From: an uncultured Chloroflexia bacterium
GTDB lineage: Bacteria; Chloroflexota; Limnocylindria; Limnocylindrales; CSP1-4
NCBI GenBank assembly: GCA_963819655.1
Contig: CAWFXA010000002.1
Span: forward strand, 1,216,001 to 1,280,000
DNA length: 64,000 nt
Direction of reading: 5' to 3'
A model generated the notes under the pieces. The model saw only the letters and a list, made by a program, of their open reading frames with translations, was not told where the DNA came from and did no database searches. Within the stretch, counting starts at the first letter, position 1. Each line of letters opens with the position of its first letter. The position numbers were made by a program, and so were the translations under genes. Below, piece by piece: positions 29,458 through 38,583 of this stretch.

Positions 29458-31433
29458 TGCCGCTCAAGCTGCCCTCGTTCCGCGCCCGGCGCGATGTCTA
29501 CCCGCCGGACCTGTGGACCAAGTGCCCGACGTGCTCGACGATGCTGTTCAACAAGCAGCTCGAGAAGAACCTCAGGGTCTGCACCACGTGCGGCCACCAC
29601 TTCCGCCTGTCGGCCGAGGCACGCCTGGACCACCTGCTCGATCCGGGCACCTGGTCGGAGCGCGACCCCGGGCTGCAATCGGTCGACGCGCTCGGGTTCG
29701 TCGACCAGAAGCCCTACCCGGACCGGCTCGCTGCGGCCCAGCTCGCCACCGGCATGCGCGACGCGGCCGTTTGGGGCACAGGGTCGATCGGCGGCCACGA
29801 GATCGCGATCTGCGTGATGGATTTCGGGTTCATGGGCGGGTCGATGGGCGCGGTCGTCGGGGAGAAGGTCACACGGGCAGCCGAGCACGCGCTCGCCGCG
29901 CGGGTGCCGTTGGTCGTCGTGAGTGCGTCGGGCGGTGCCCGGATGCAGGAGGGCACGCTCGCGCTCATGCAGCTCGCCAAGACGCTTGCTGCGCTCGAGC
30001 GACTGCGGGCGAGCGGCGTGCCGTTCTTCTCGGTCCTGTCCGACCCCACGACCGGCGGCGTCTTCGCGTCGTTCGCCGCGGTCGGCGACGTCAATATCGC
30101 GGAGCCCGACGCGCTGATCGGATTCGCGGGGGCACGCGTGACGGCCGGGACGATCGCGGCGGAGCTGCCGCCTGGGTTCCAGCGGGCCGAGTTCCTGTTC
30201 AGCCACGGCTTCGTCGACCGGGTCGTCGCGCGGTCGGAGCTGCACGATGAGCTCGCTAGCCTGCTCCGACTGCTCCCGTCGCGCGGCGCGTTCGTCGAGC
30301 CGGAACCCGACGAGGATGTGCCGGCTTTCCGGCCATTCTCGTTCCTGACGACGATCGCCGACCGGGTGGGTGAGCTCGCGAACGGCGACGGCGCGACCGA
30401 CGACGACGAGGCCGCAGCTCCGACGCCGCCCGTCACGGTGCCCGCCGTGGATCCGGACGGTGCCGTGGCGATCGCGCCCTTGAACGACAAGGCACGCGAC
30501 GACGTGTGGGCCCGCGTCCAGCTCGCTCGCAGCCTGCGCAGGCCCCGGACGCTCGAATTCCTCGACGCGATGGCCGACGAGTTCGTCGAGCTGCACGGCG
30601 ATCGCCTGTTCGGCGACGACGCCGCGATCGTGGCCGGTCTGGCACGCATCGGTGGCAGGCGCCTAGCGGTGATCGGCCAGCAGAAGGGCGCGGACACCGA
30701 CGAGAACATCCGGCGCAACTTCGGCATGCCCCATCCCGAGGGCTATCGCAAGGCCATGCGGGTCATGGAGCTCGCCGAGCGTGCCGGCCTGCCGGTCGTC
30801 ACGTTCGTTGACGTCCCCGGCGCCCACCCGGGTCCAGAGTCGGAGGAGCGCGGCATCGCCGAGGCCATCGCCCGCTCGATCGGCCTGATGAGCCGCCTCC
30901 GGACGCCGATCGTGACGGTCATCACGGGGGAAGGCGGCTCCGGCGGGGCGTTGGCCATCGCGGTCGGCGACGTCGTGATCGCCCTCGAGAACGCGGTGTA
31001 TTCCGTCATCAGTCCCGAAGGCTGTGCGTCGATCCTGTGGCGGACGTCGGACGAAGCCGCGACCGCGGCCGCCGCGATGCGGATGTCGGCGGCCGACCAA
31101 CACGCGCTCGGCGTGATCGACATCGTGGTGCCGGAGCCAGGCGAGGGCGCACACGCAGAGCCCGAGGCGACAGCCGATCGGCTCCGCTCGATCATCCTCG
31201 ACAGGCTCGACGCGCTCGCTCCGCTGCCGATCGACACGCTTCTCGAGCAGCGCTACCGACGCTACCGTGCTCTGGGCGCCTACACTGAGGTCGCTCGACC
31301 CGAGGTGCCCGGGCGCGTGGACCGGAGTCTCGCCGATCGCCTGCGCGATCTGCTCGATCCGGCCCGGCGGGGACTCGTCGGGTTCGAAGGCTGGTCCCGT
31401 GACGACGATCCACCGGCTCGCGAGGAGGTATAG
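29457..31433 (+). CDS. accDA: Fused acetyl-CoA carboxylase carboxyltransferase beta-alpha
   Basis: Zn finger LWTKCPTC...VCTTC, FMGGSMG, SGGARMQEG (AccD); acidic linker; HGDR, RNFGM..PEGYRKA, GEGGSGGALA, YSVISPEGC (AccA). Confidence 0.95.
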   Translation: MPLKLPSFRARRDVYPPDLWTKCPTCSTMLFNKQLEKNLRVCTTCGHHFRLSAEARLDHLLDPGTWSERDPGLQSVDALGFVDQKPYPDRLAAAQLATGMRDAAVWGTGSIGGHEIAICVMDFGFMGGSMGAVVGEKVTRAAEHALAARVPLVVVSASGGARMQEGTLALMQLAKTLAALERLRASGVPFFSVLSDPTTGGVFASFAAVGDVNIAEPDALIGFAGARVTAGTIAAELPPGFQRAEFLFSHGFVDRVVARSELHDELASLLRLLPSRGAFVEPEPDEDVPAFRPFSFLTTIADRVGELANGDGATDDDEAAAPTPPVTVPAVDPDGAVAIAPLNDKARDDVWARVQLARSLRRPRTLEFLDAMADEFVELHGDRLFGDDAAIVAGLARIGGRRLAVIGQQKGADTDENIRRNFGMPHPEGYRKAMRVMELAERAGLPVVTFVDVPGAHPGPESEERGIAEAIARSIGLMSRLRTPIVTVITGEGGSGGALAIAVGDVVIALENAVYSVISPEGCASILWRTSDEAATAAAAMRMSAADQHALGVIDIVVPEPGEGAHAEPEATADRLRSIILDRLDALAPLPIDTLLEQRYRRYRALGAYTEVARPEVPGRVDRSLADRLRDLLDPARRGLVGFEGWSRDDDPPAREEV

Positions 31434-31436
31434 CGC

Positions 31437-32027
31437 GTGCCAGATCAGGTACCGGCCGACGCCCGACGATCGCGTGATGACGGCGAGCGTGCCGCCGACC
31501 ACGCAGCGATCGATCGCCTCACCGGCGAGCTCCTGCCCGCGCTGATCGCGAAGCTCGGGGCGACGGGCCTCGGCGAGCTCGAGGTGCGAGAGGGAGCCTG
31601 GCGCGTGAGGCTCCGGCGTCCCGCAGGTCCGCCAGTCGGCACCCGCGAGCGTCGTGCCAGCGATCGTGGCGGCGCCGCCGACCGGCTGACGGAGCGGTTG
31701 CCCGAGCGGCCGCCCCGCGCCCAGCACCTGCATCCCCACCCGGAACCCCCGGCCACAGCCCGTTCGGATTCGCGGAGCGTGGCCACGTCACCGGCGGTCG
31801 GCATCTACCAGCCGCGCAAGGACCTGACGATCGGCTCGCGCGTGCGCGCCGGAGATCGATTGGGTGCTGTCGACATGCTCGGCGTCGCGCAGGAGGTGGT
31901 CGCCCCGATCGACGGCGTCGTGGGCACCAGCCTGGTCGAGCCTGGCGAGGCCGTCGAGTACGGCCAGGAGCTGATCGTCGTCGAGCTCGCCGTCCCGATG
32001 TCGACCAACGGCACCGGCGGCGCCTGA
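31437..32027 (+). CDS. BCCP-like protein lacking the biotinylation lysine (BADC-like)
   Basis: BCCP-type N-terminus (GLGELEVREG) and biotinyl/lipoyl fold (SPAVG...GSRV.AGD.LG.V...V.APIDG.V...LVE.GE.VEYGQ.L), but DMLG replaces EAMK. Confidence 0.85.
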   Translation: MPDQVPADARRSRDDGERAADHAAIDRLTGELLPALIAKLGATGLGELEVREGAWRVRLRRPAGPPVGTRERRASDRGGAADRLTERLPERPPRAQHLHPHPEPPATARSDSRSVATSPAVGIYQPRKDLTIGSRVRAGDRLGAVDMLGVAQEVVAPIDGVVGTSLVEPGEAVEYGQELIVVELAVPMSTNGTGGA

Positions 32028-33397
32028 TGTTCAAGAAGGTCCTTATCGCGAACCGGGGGGAGATCGCCCTCCGCGTGTTGCGCGCGTGCCGCACGCTCGG
32101 CGCCGAGGCGGTGGTTGCCTACAGCGAGGCTGACCGCGAATCGCTCCCGGTCGGGCTCGCCGACGAGGCGATCTGCATCGGCCCGCCCGACGCTCAACGG
32201 TCGTACCTGTCCGCGCCTGCCGTGATCTCGGCCGCGCTGGTCACCGGCTGCGACGCGATCCATCCGGGCTACGGGTTCCTGTCCGAGGACGAGGGCTTCG
32301 CCGAGGTCGTGGCGGCTCACGGCATGACCTTCATCGGCCCACCGGCCAACGTCCTGGAGCGCTTCGCCAGCAAGGCCGGGACCCGCGAGCTCCTGGGTGC
32401 GCATGGGCTGCCGACGATCCCCGGTTCGGAAGGGATGTTGCGCGACGACATGCACGCCCTGGCCGAGGCCGAGCGCATCGGCTACCCGGTCCTGGTCAAG
32501 CCGTCCGCCGGTGGTGGTGGCAAGGGCATGCGCATGGTCCGCACGTCGCGCGAGCTCGAGTCCGTGCTCAAGGTCTGCCGGAGCGAGGCGAAGGCCGCGT
32601 TCGGCGACGACTCCCTGTATCTCGAGAAGTGGCTCGACGAGAACCGCCACATCGAAGTCCAGATCGCCGTCGACCGGTACGGCCACGGCGTCCACCTCGG
32701 GGAACGCGACTGCTCGGTCCAGCGGCGCCACCAGAAGATCCTCGAGGAGGCCCCGACACCGGCGCTGTCCGATGCCGTTCGTGCCGACCTGGCGGAGCGG
32801 GCGATCCGGGCGGTCGTCGCAGCCGGCTACGAGAACGTCGGCACCCTGGAGTTCCTGGTCGATCGCACCGGCAACTTCTACTTCATCGAGATCAACTGCC
32901 GGATCCAGGTCGAGCATCCCGTCACCGAGAGCCTGACCGGCGTCGACCTCGTCGCGATGCAGATGCGCATCGCCGCCGGCGAGCCGCTCGGCATCAGCCA
33001 GGCCGATATCAGGTTCTCCGGGCATGCGATCGAGTTCCGGATCAACGCCGAGGACCCCGCGCACGATTTCCGCCCGGGGGCCGGGGTGGTCGAGCGCTAT
33101 CACGCGCCGGGCGGGCCGGGCGTGCGTATGGACTCGCACCTGTTCACGGGCTACGAGGTCCCGCCCTTCTACGACTCGCTGCTCGGCAAGCTGATCGTGT
33201 GGGGTCCGGACCGCGAGACCGCCATCGCCCGCGGTCGAGTGGCGCTCGAGGAGCTCGTCATCGACGGCATCACGACCAACGTCGATATCCACCAGGCGCT
33301 CCTCGCCTCGGAGACGTTCCTCGAGGGACGGATGACGACGAACCTGCTCGATCGGGTGGGCAGCGCGGCCTTCCTCGCGGCGGCCGCCCGGGTATGA
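32027..33397 (+). CDS. accC: Biotin carboxylase
   Basis: KVLIANRGEIA, AIHPGYGFLSE, GGGGKGM, ERDCS.QRRHQK, RIQVEHPVTE, YDSLLGKLI. Confidence 0.97.
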   Translation: MFKKVLIANRGEIALRVLRACRTLGAEAVVAYSEADRESLPVGLADEAICIGPPDAQRSYLSAPAVISAALVTGCDAIHPGYGFLSEDEGFAEVVAAHGMTFIGPPANVLERFASKAGTRELLGAHGLPTIPGSEGMLRDDMHALAEAERIGYPVLVKPSAGGGGKGMRMVRTSRELESVLKVCRSEAKAAFGDDSLYLEKWLDENRHIEVQIAVDRYGHGVHLGERDCSVQRRHQKILEEAPTPALSDAVRADLAERAIRAVVAAGYENVGTLEFLVDRTGNFYFIEINCRIQVEHPVTESLTGVDLVAMQMRIAAGEPLGISQADIRFSGHAIEFRINAEDPAHDFRPGAGVVERYHAPGGPGVRMDSHLFTGYEVPPFYDSLLGKLIVWGPDRETAIARGRVALEELVIDGITTNVDIHQALLASETFLEGRMTTNLLDRVGSAAFLAAAARV

Positions 33398-33483
33398 CCG
33401 TCGTGCAGACCTGCACACGCCGACCCGTTGCCGCCGGCCGCCACCGGCCAGACTGAACCAGCACACCGCCGTTGGAGTCGCCC

Positions 33484-33939
33484 GTGACCGAGACCGTCCA
33501 CACGACCGCCGAGATCGAACGTCTGATCCCGCATCGCCACCCGTTCCTTCTGGTCGACCGCATCGTCGAGTACGACCCGGACGCGAAGCGGATCGTGGGG
33601 CTCAAGGGCGTCACGGCGACCGAGTGGTTCTTCGCCGGGCATTTCCCGGGTCTGCCGGTCATGCCGGGCGTCCTCCAGGTCGAGGCGCTCGCCCAGACGA
33701 TGGCGGTCTACGTCGCCAAGCAACCAGGCTTCGGCGACCGGATCGGCCTGTTCGCGGGCATCGACGATGTGCGCTTCAAGCGGATCGTCGCTCCGGGCGA
33801 CACGCTCCGACTCGAGGTCACGATGGAGAAGCTCGGCTCGCGCTTCGGCAAGGGTCGTGGCGTCGCGTCGGTCGCCGGCGAGGTGGCCTGCGAGGGGCTG
33901 TTGAGCTTCATCATCCCGCCCGAGGGTGCGCTCCGATGA
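33484..33939 (+). CDS. fabZ: 3-hydroxyacyl-ACP dehydratase
   Basis: IPHRHPFLLVDRI, FFAGHFP..PVMPGVL.VEALAQ, RFK..V.PGD.L. Confidence 0.96.
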   Translation: MTETVHTTAEIERLIPHRHPFLLVDRIVEYDPDAKRIVGLKGVTATEWFFAGHFPGLPVMPGVLQVEALAQTMAVYVAKQPGFGDRIGLFAGIDDVRFKRIVAPGDTLRLEVTMEKLGSRFGKGRGVASVAGEVACEGLLSFIIPPEGALR

Positions 33940-34682
33940 GCCGGATCGCTGCCCTCTCGGACGTACACGGCAATGCGGCCGCCCTCGAAGCCGTCCTCGC
34001 GGACATCGCACGCGAGAAGCCCGACGCGCTCATGGTCGCCGGCGATCTCGTGCTCAACGGCCCCGAACCTGCGCTCGTCATCGACGTTCTGCGCAGCCTC
34101 GCCGGCGACGGCGCCCTGATCATCGGTGGCAATACAGACATCGCGGTGGCCGACTTCGACTACGCGGCGGCCTTTCCGTGGATGATCGACGGCGTCCCGG
34201 ATGCCATCGTCGATGCTGCGGAATGGGCCCACGAGGCGATCGGGGACGAGCGTCTCGATTGGCTTCGGCGACTGCCGGCCGAACGCCGCTGGCGGACCGA
34301 CGACGACACGCTCGTCCTGGCCTGCCACGGATCGCCAGGTTCTCAGACCTCGGGCTTCGACCAGCATCTCGACCCGTCGGTCACGATCGAGCGAGTCGCC
34401 CGGACCGATGCTCGCGTCATCGTCTGTGGCCACACGCATCTGCCCGAAGTGCGCGACCTCGGCTGGAAGGTGATCGTCAACGACGGCTCCGCGGGCTACG
34501 TGTTCGATGGCGACCCGACCGCCTCCTGGGCGCTCATCGACATCGAGGACGACGAGGTCCGCGCCGAGATCCGACGCACGACGTTCGACACGCTGGCCGT
34601 CGCCAACGCCATCTCGGCCCGCGGCCTGGCGGGCGACGTCTACCGCGCCGCGACGGTCCGCACCGGGAAGTTGGTGCGATGA
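33936..34682 (+). CDS. Calcineurin-like metallophosphoesterase (YfcE/MJ0936-like)
   Basis: SDVHGN, AGDLV..GP, GGNTD, CHGSP, CGHTH, N.GS.G. Confidence 0.88.
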   Translation: MSRIAALSDVHGNAAALEAVLADIAREKPDALMVAGDLVLNGPEPALVIDVLRSLAGDGALIIGGNTDIAVADFDYAAAFPWMIDGVPDAIVDAAEWAHEAIGDERLDWLRRLPAERRWRTDDDTLVLACHGSPGSQTSGFDQHLDPSVTIERVARTDARVIVCGHTHLPEVRDLGWKVIVNDGSAGYVFDGDPTASWALIDIEDDEVRAEIRRTTFDTLAVANAISARGLAGDVYRAATVRTGKLVR

Positions 34683-34698
34683 GCCGGCGGGTCGCGTG

Positions 34699-35952
34699 AT
34701 GGGTAGTCGGCGGGTCGTCGTGACCGGGATGGGGCTCGTGACGCCGCTCGGAAACGACCTCGAGACCACATGGGCGGGCATGGTCGCCGGGCGCTCCGGG
34801 ATCACGACGATCGACGCGTTCGACCCGTCACGGCTGACCGTCCGCATCGCCGGCCAGGTCCGCGACTTCGACGCGAGCCACGTCCTCGACCGGAAGGACC
34901 AGCGCCGGACCGACCGCTACATCCAGTTCGGGCTGGTCGCGGCGCGCGAGGCGATGGACCAGGCCGGCCTGCCCGATCGCCTGGAGGGAGAGCTGGCGGA
35001 GCGCACCGGCGCGATCCTGGGCACCGGGCTCGGCGGCGTCGGGACCCTCAACGAAGGCATCAGCACGAACGTGACGCGCGGCCCGGACCGGATCAGCCCG
35101 TTCCTCATCCCGATGGGCATCCCCAACGTCGGATCCGGGCAGATCGCGATCAACTACGGGATGACCGGGCCGAACTTTGCGACCGTCTCGGCATGTGCCA
35201 CCGGCGGACACGCCGTCGGCGAGTCGTTCGAGACGATCCGGCGCGACGACGCCGACGTGATGGTCTCGGGCGGCACGGAGGCCGGGATCTACGAGTTCCT
35301 CATCGGCGGGTTCGCCGCGATGCGCGCGCTGTCCACCCGCAACGACGACCCGGCAGCCGCGTCGCGCCCGTTCGACTCCGGTCGCGACGGCTTCATCTGC
35401 GGCGAGGGAGCGGGTGTCCTGGTCCTCGAAGAGCTCGACCACGCCCGGGCGCGCGGGGCGACGCCTCTCGCGGAGATCGTCGGGTACGGCGCGACCGCCG
35501 ACGCGTCACACATCACCCTGCCGGCGCCCGGTGGCATCGGAGCGGTCCGCGCCGCGCGACGTGCGCTCGAGAAGGCCGGCCTGGCGCCCGACGACGTCGA
35601 TCACGTGAACGCCCACGCGACATCGACCCCGGAAGGCGACAAGTCGGAGCTCCAGGCGATCAAGACGATCCTCGGAGAGCACGCCGCCGGGACCCCGATC
35701 ACCGCCAACAAGTCGATGATCGGCCACACGCTCGGGGCGGCCGGCGCGATCGAGTCGATCGTCTCGGTCATGACCATCCGCGAGGGCTGCATCCCGCCGA
35801 CGATCAATCTGACCGACCCGGATCCCGAGGCCCAGGGACTGACGATCGTGGCGAACGAAGCGGCCCGCCACGACGTCCGCGTGGTGCTGTCGAACTCGTT
35901 CGGGTTCGGTGGCCAGAACACGGCCCTGATCTTCCAGCGGTGGGACGCGTGA
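34699..35952 (+). CDS. fabF: Beta-ketoacyl-ACP synthase II
   Basis: RRVVVTGMG, SACATG, SRPFD, NAHATST, KSMIGH.LGAAG, SNSFGFGG. Confidence 0.96.
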   Translation: MGSRRVVVTGMGLVTPLGNDLETTWAGMVAGRSGITTIDAFDPSRLTVRIAGQVRDFDASHVLDRKDQRRTDRYIQFGLVAAREAMDQAGLPDRLEGELAERTGAILGTGLGGVGTLNEGISTNVTRGPDRISPFLIPMGIPNVGSGQIAINYGMTGPNFATVSACATGGHAVGESFETIRRDDADVMVSGGTEAGIYEFLIGGFAAMRALSTRNDDPAAASRPFDSGRDGFICGEGAGVLVLEELDHARARGATPLAEIVGYGATADASHITLPAPGGIGAVRAARRALEKAGLAPDDVDHVNAHATSTPEGDKSELQAIKTILGEHAAGTPITANKSMIGHTLGAAGAIESIVSVMTIREGCIPPTINLTDPDPEAQGLTIVANEAARHDVRVVLSNSFGFGGQNTALIFQRWDA

Positions 35953-36569
35953 CCGACGACCTCGAACCGATGGCCGTGGGTCCCGGCGCAGAGCCGCTGC
36001 CGGACGGCGTCGTCGACGCGCTCGAAGCACAGGCGACATCGGTGGAGTCGGCGGCCGAGCCGCAGGGGGCAGACCCGGCCGCGCTTCGCGATGACGGCGA
36101 TCTCGAGCTGCTCGGCCTCATCGATCGCCTTGCAGCCCTGCTCGATCGCTCCGACCTGACAGAGCTCGAGGTGGAGTCTGGCGGCACCGGCCTCGTCCTG
36201 CGCAAGCCATCAGCCCTTGCTCCCATCACCGTCGCGAGCGTGGCGGCGACGTCGCCCGCGGCGACGGCCGTAGCCATGCCGGCCTCGGGCGGGGCAGGGC
36301 CGAGCGACCGCGAGCCGGTGGCGCCTGCCAAGCCGTCGATCAAGGCGCCGCTCACGGGCATCTTCTATGCATCGCCGGCTCCTGGGACGGCGCCATACGT
36401 GGCGGTCGGCGGCGAGGTCGCGGTCGGCCAGATCATCGGTCTCATCGAGGCCATGAAGCTGTTCAACGAGATCAAGTCGGACCTGGCTGGGCGCGTCGTC
36501 CGGGTCGTGGCCGAGAGCGGCGCCCTGGTCAAGGCCAAGCAGCCGCTCATCGAGGTGGAGCCGCTGTGA
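35949..36569 (+). CDS. accB: Biotin carboxyl carrier protein (canonical)
   Basis: LTELEVE N-terminal domain, APLTGIFY, thumb SPAPG, intact IEAMKLFNEI. Confidence 0.93.
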   Translation: MTDDLEPMAVGPGAEPLPDGVVDALEAQATSVESAAEPQGADPAALRDDGDLELLGLIDRLAALLDRSDLTELEVESGGTGLVLRKPSALAPITVASVAATSPAATAVAMPASGGAGPSDREPVAPAKPSIKAPLTGIFYASPAPGTAPYVAVGGEVAVGQIIGLIEAMKLFNEIKSDLAGRVVRVVAESGALVKAKQPLIEVEPL

Positions 36570-37768
36570 ACGACGTCGCTCGGCAGCCGCGGGCCCACGT
36601 CACCGGATGGGGTCGCTACGCACCAGCCCAGGTGCTCACGAACAAGGACCTCGAGCGGATGGTCGACACGTCCGACGAGTGGATCGTCTCGCGGACCGGC
36701 ATCCGCGAGCGTCGGGTCGCGGCCGCCAACGAGACCACCGCGTCGATGGCCGCCGTGGCCTCCCTGCGGGCGATCAGGACTGCCGGCATCGACCCCGACG
36801 ACATCGACCTCATCCTGCTCGCGACGCTGACTCCCGACTACTGGATGCCGTCGACCGCGGCGCTCGTCAAGGAGGCGATCGGCAACACGCGTGCGGCGGC
36901 GATGGACGTCGCGGCCGCCTGTTCGGGGTTCGTCTACGCGTTCGCTACGGCCCAGGCTTACATCACCAGCGGGATCGCCAAGCACGTCCTGGTGATCGGC
37001 GCGGAGCTGCTGACCCGCTTCCTCGACTATACCGATCGGAGCACGTGCATCCTGTTCGGGGACGGCGCGGGTGCGGTGGTCCTGTCGGCCAGCGATGAGC
37101 CGGGTGGCGCGCTCGGGATCGAGCTCACGACGGCTCCCCAGGGCGCCTACATGATCTGGCTGCCGGCCGGCGGCGCCAAGAGCCCGCCATCGGCGGAGAC
37201 GATCGCGCGCGGCGAGCACTTCATCCGGATGGAGGGCAAGGAGACGTACCGGTTCGCCACCAAGACGATGGCGACGACCGCCCTCGAATCGGTCAGCAAG
37301 TCCGGGCTCCAGCCGTCGGACATCGACCTGTTCATCCCGCACCAGGCGAACATCCGCATCGTCGAGGCGGTCGCCAAGGGGCTCGACCTGCCGATGGACA
37401 AGATGTACGTGAACCTCGACCGCTACGGCAATACCTCCGCGGCGTCCGTGCCGATCGCCTTGGCCGAAGCCGTGAACGAGGGCCGCGTCAAGATCGGCGA
37501 CCGGATCGTGATGGTCGCATTCGGGGCGGGCTTCACCTCGGGGGCCGTGACGGTCGAGTGGACGGCCGATCCGGCGCGCGGCCGGGCCGGTGACGCGGCC
37601 GTGAACGCCGACGACGTCAATGTCCGGTTGCCGGTCGACTGGGACTCGGTCGACCCGATCCCGCCGGCGCTGGTCGAGCTGATGGCCCGACCCGGCACGG
37701 TCGATGTCCCGTTGGACGACGTCGTCCCAGGCGAACCCGAATCGGCCCACTCGGAGGTCCATGCGTGA
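36566..37768 (+). CDS. fabH: Beta-ketoacyl-ACP synthase III with ~65-aa C-terminal extension
   Basis: DTSDEWI.SRTGI, AACSGF, LFGDGA, PHQAN, YGNTSAAS, FGAG. Confidence 0.95.
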   Translation: MNDVARQPRAHVTGWGRYAPAQVLTNKDLERMVDTSDEWIVSRTGIRERRVAAANETTASMAAVASLRAIRTAGIDPDDIDLILLATLTPDYWMPSTAALVKEAIGNTRAAAMDVAAACSGFVYAFATAQAYITSGIAKHVLVIGAELLTRFLDYTDRSTCILFGDGAGAVVLSASDEPGGALGIELTTAPQGAYMIWLPAGGAKSPPSAETIARGEHFIRMEGKETYRFATKTMATTALESVSKSGLQPSDIDLFIPHQANIRIVEAVAKGLDLPMDKMYVNLDRYGNTSAASVPIALAEAVNEGRVKIGDRIVMVAFGAGFTSGAVTVEWTADPARGRAGDAAVNADDVNVRLPVDWDSVDPIPPALVELMARPGTVDVPLDDVVPGEPESAHSEVHA

Positions 37769-38514
37769 TCGATCTGACCGGCAAGGCGGCCCTCGTGACC
37801 GGTGGCTCGCGCGGGATCGGCAAGGCGATCGGTCTGCGGCTCGCCCGCCAGGGCGCCGACGTCGCATTCAGCTACAAGGGCAACACGGATGCCGCTAACG
37901 CGACGGCCGCCGAGATCGAGTCGATCGGGACGCGCGCGTTGGCGATCCAGGGTGACGTCCGGGATCCCGAGTCGGCCGAGGCCGTGGTCAAGACCGCGCT
38001 CGAAGCCTTCGGCAAGATCGACATCCTGGTGAACAACGCCGGGGTGACCCGCGACGACCTGATCATGCGGATGAGCGCCGAGGCCTGGCGCGAGGTGCTC
38101 GAGACCAACCTCTTCGGGGCGTTTTGGATGACCAAGGCCGTCACCCGGCCGATGCTCAAGGCGCGTGCCGGCCGGATCGTGAACATCACGTCGGTATCCG
38201 GGCAGGCCGGCCAGATGGGGCAGGCCAACTACAGCTCGGCCAAGGCTGGGCTGATCGGCCTGACGAAGGCCACCGCGCGTGAACTGGCATCGCGCGGGAT
38301 CACCGTCAACGCCGTGGCCCCGGGCTTCGTCCTGACCGAGCTCACCCAGGGATTGCCCGACGCCCTGAAAGAGGAGATCACGGCGCGCACTCCGCTGGGA
38401 CGGTTCGGCACGACCGAGGAGGTCGCCGATGCCGTGGCGTTCCTCGCCTCTGACGAGGCCGGCTACGTCACCGGCCAGGTCCTGGCCGTCGACGGCGGCC
38501 TGGTCATGATGTAG
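37765..38514 (+). CDS. fabG: 3-oxoacyl-ACP reductase
   Basis: TGGSRGIG, NNAG.TRD, YSSAK, NAVAPGF, VDGG. Confidence 0.96.
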   Translation: MIDLTGKAALVTGGSRGIGKAIGLRLARQGADVAFSYKGNTDAANATAAEIESIGTRALAIQGDVRDPESAEAVVKTALEAFGKIDILVNNAGVTRDDLIMRMSAEAWREVLETNLFGAFWMTKAVTRPMLKARAGRIVNITSVSGQAGQMGQANYSSAKAGLIGLTKATARELASRGITVNAVAPGFVLTELTQGLPDALKEEITARTPLGRFGTTEEVADAVAFLASDEAGYVTGQVLAVDGGLVMM

Positions 38515-38527
38515 TGCGAACACCCTA

Positions 38528-38567
38528 GGACCCTTACCGGACCCGCCCCGTACCGCTGGCGAGGACC
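38528..38567. promoter_or_regulatory. Phased G(G/T)ACC direct-repeat array upstream of a diguanylate cyclase
   Basis: G(G/T)ACC at 38528, 38539, 38550, 38563 (spacing 11, 11, 13). Confidence 0.5.
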
Positions 38568-38583
38568 AACTCGGGCACCCCTG

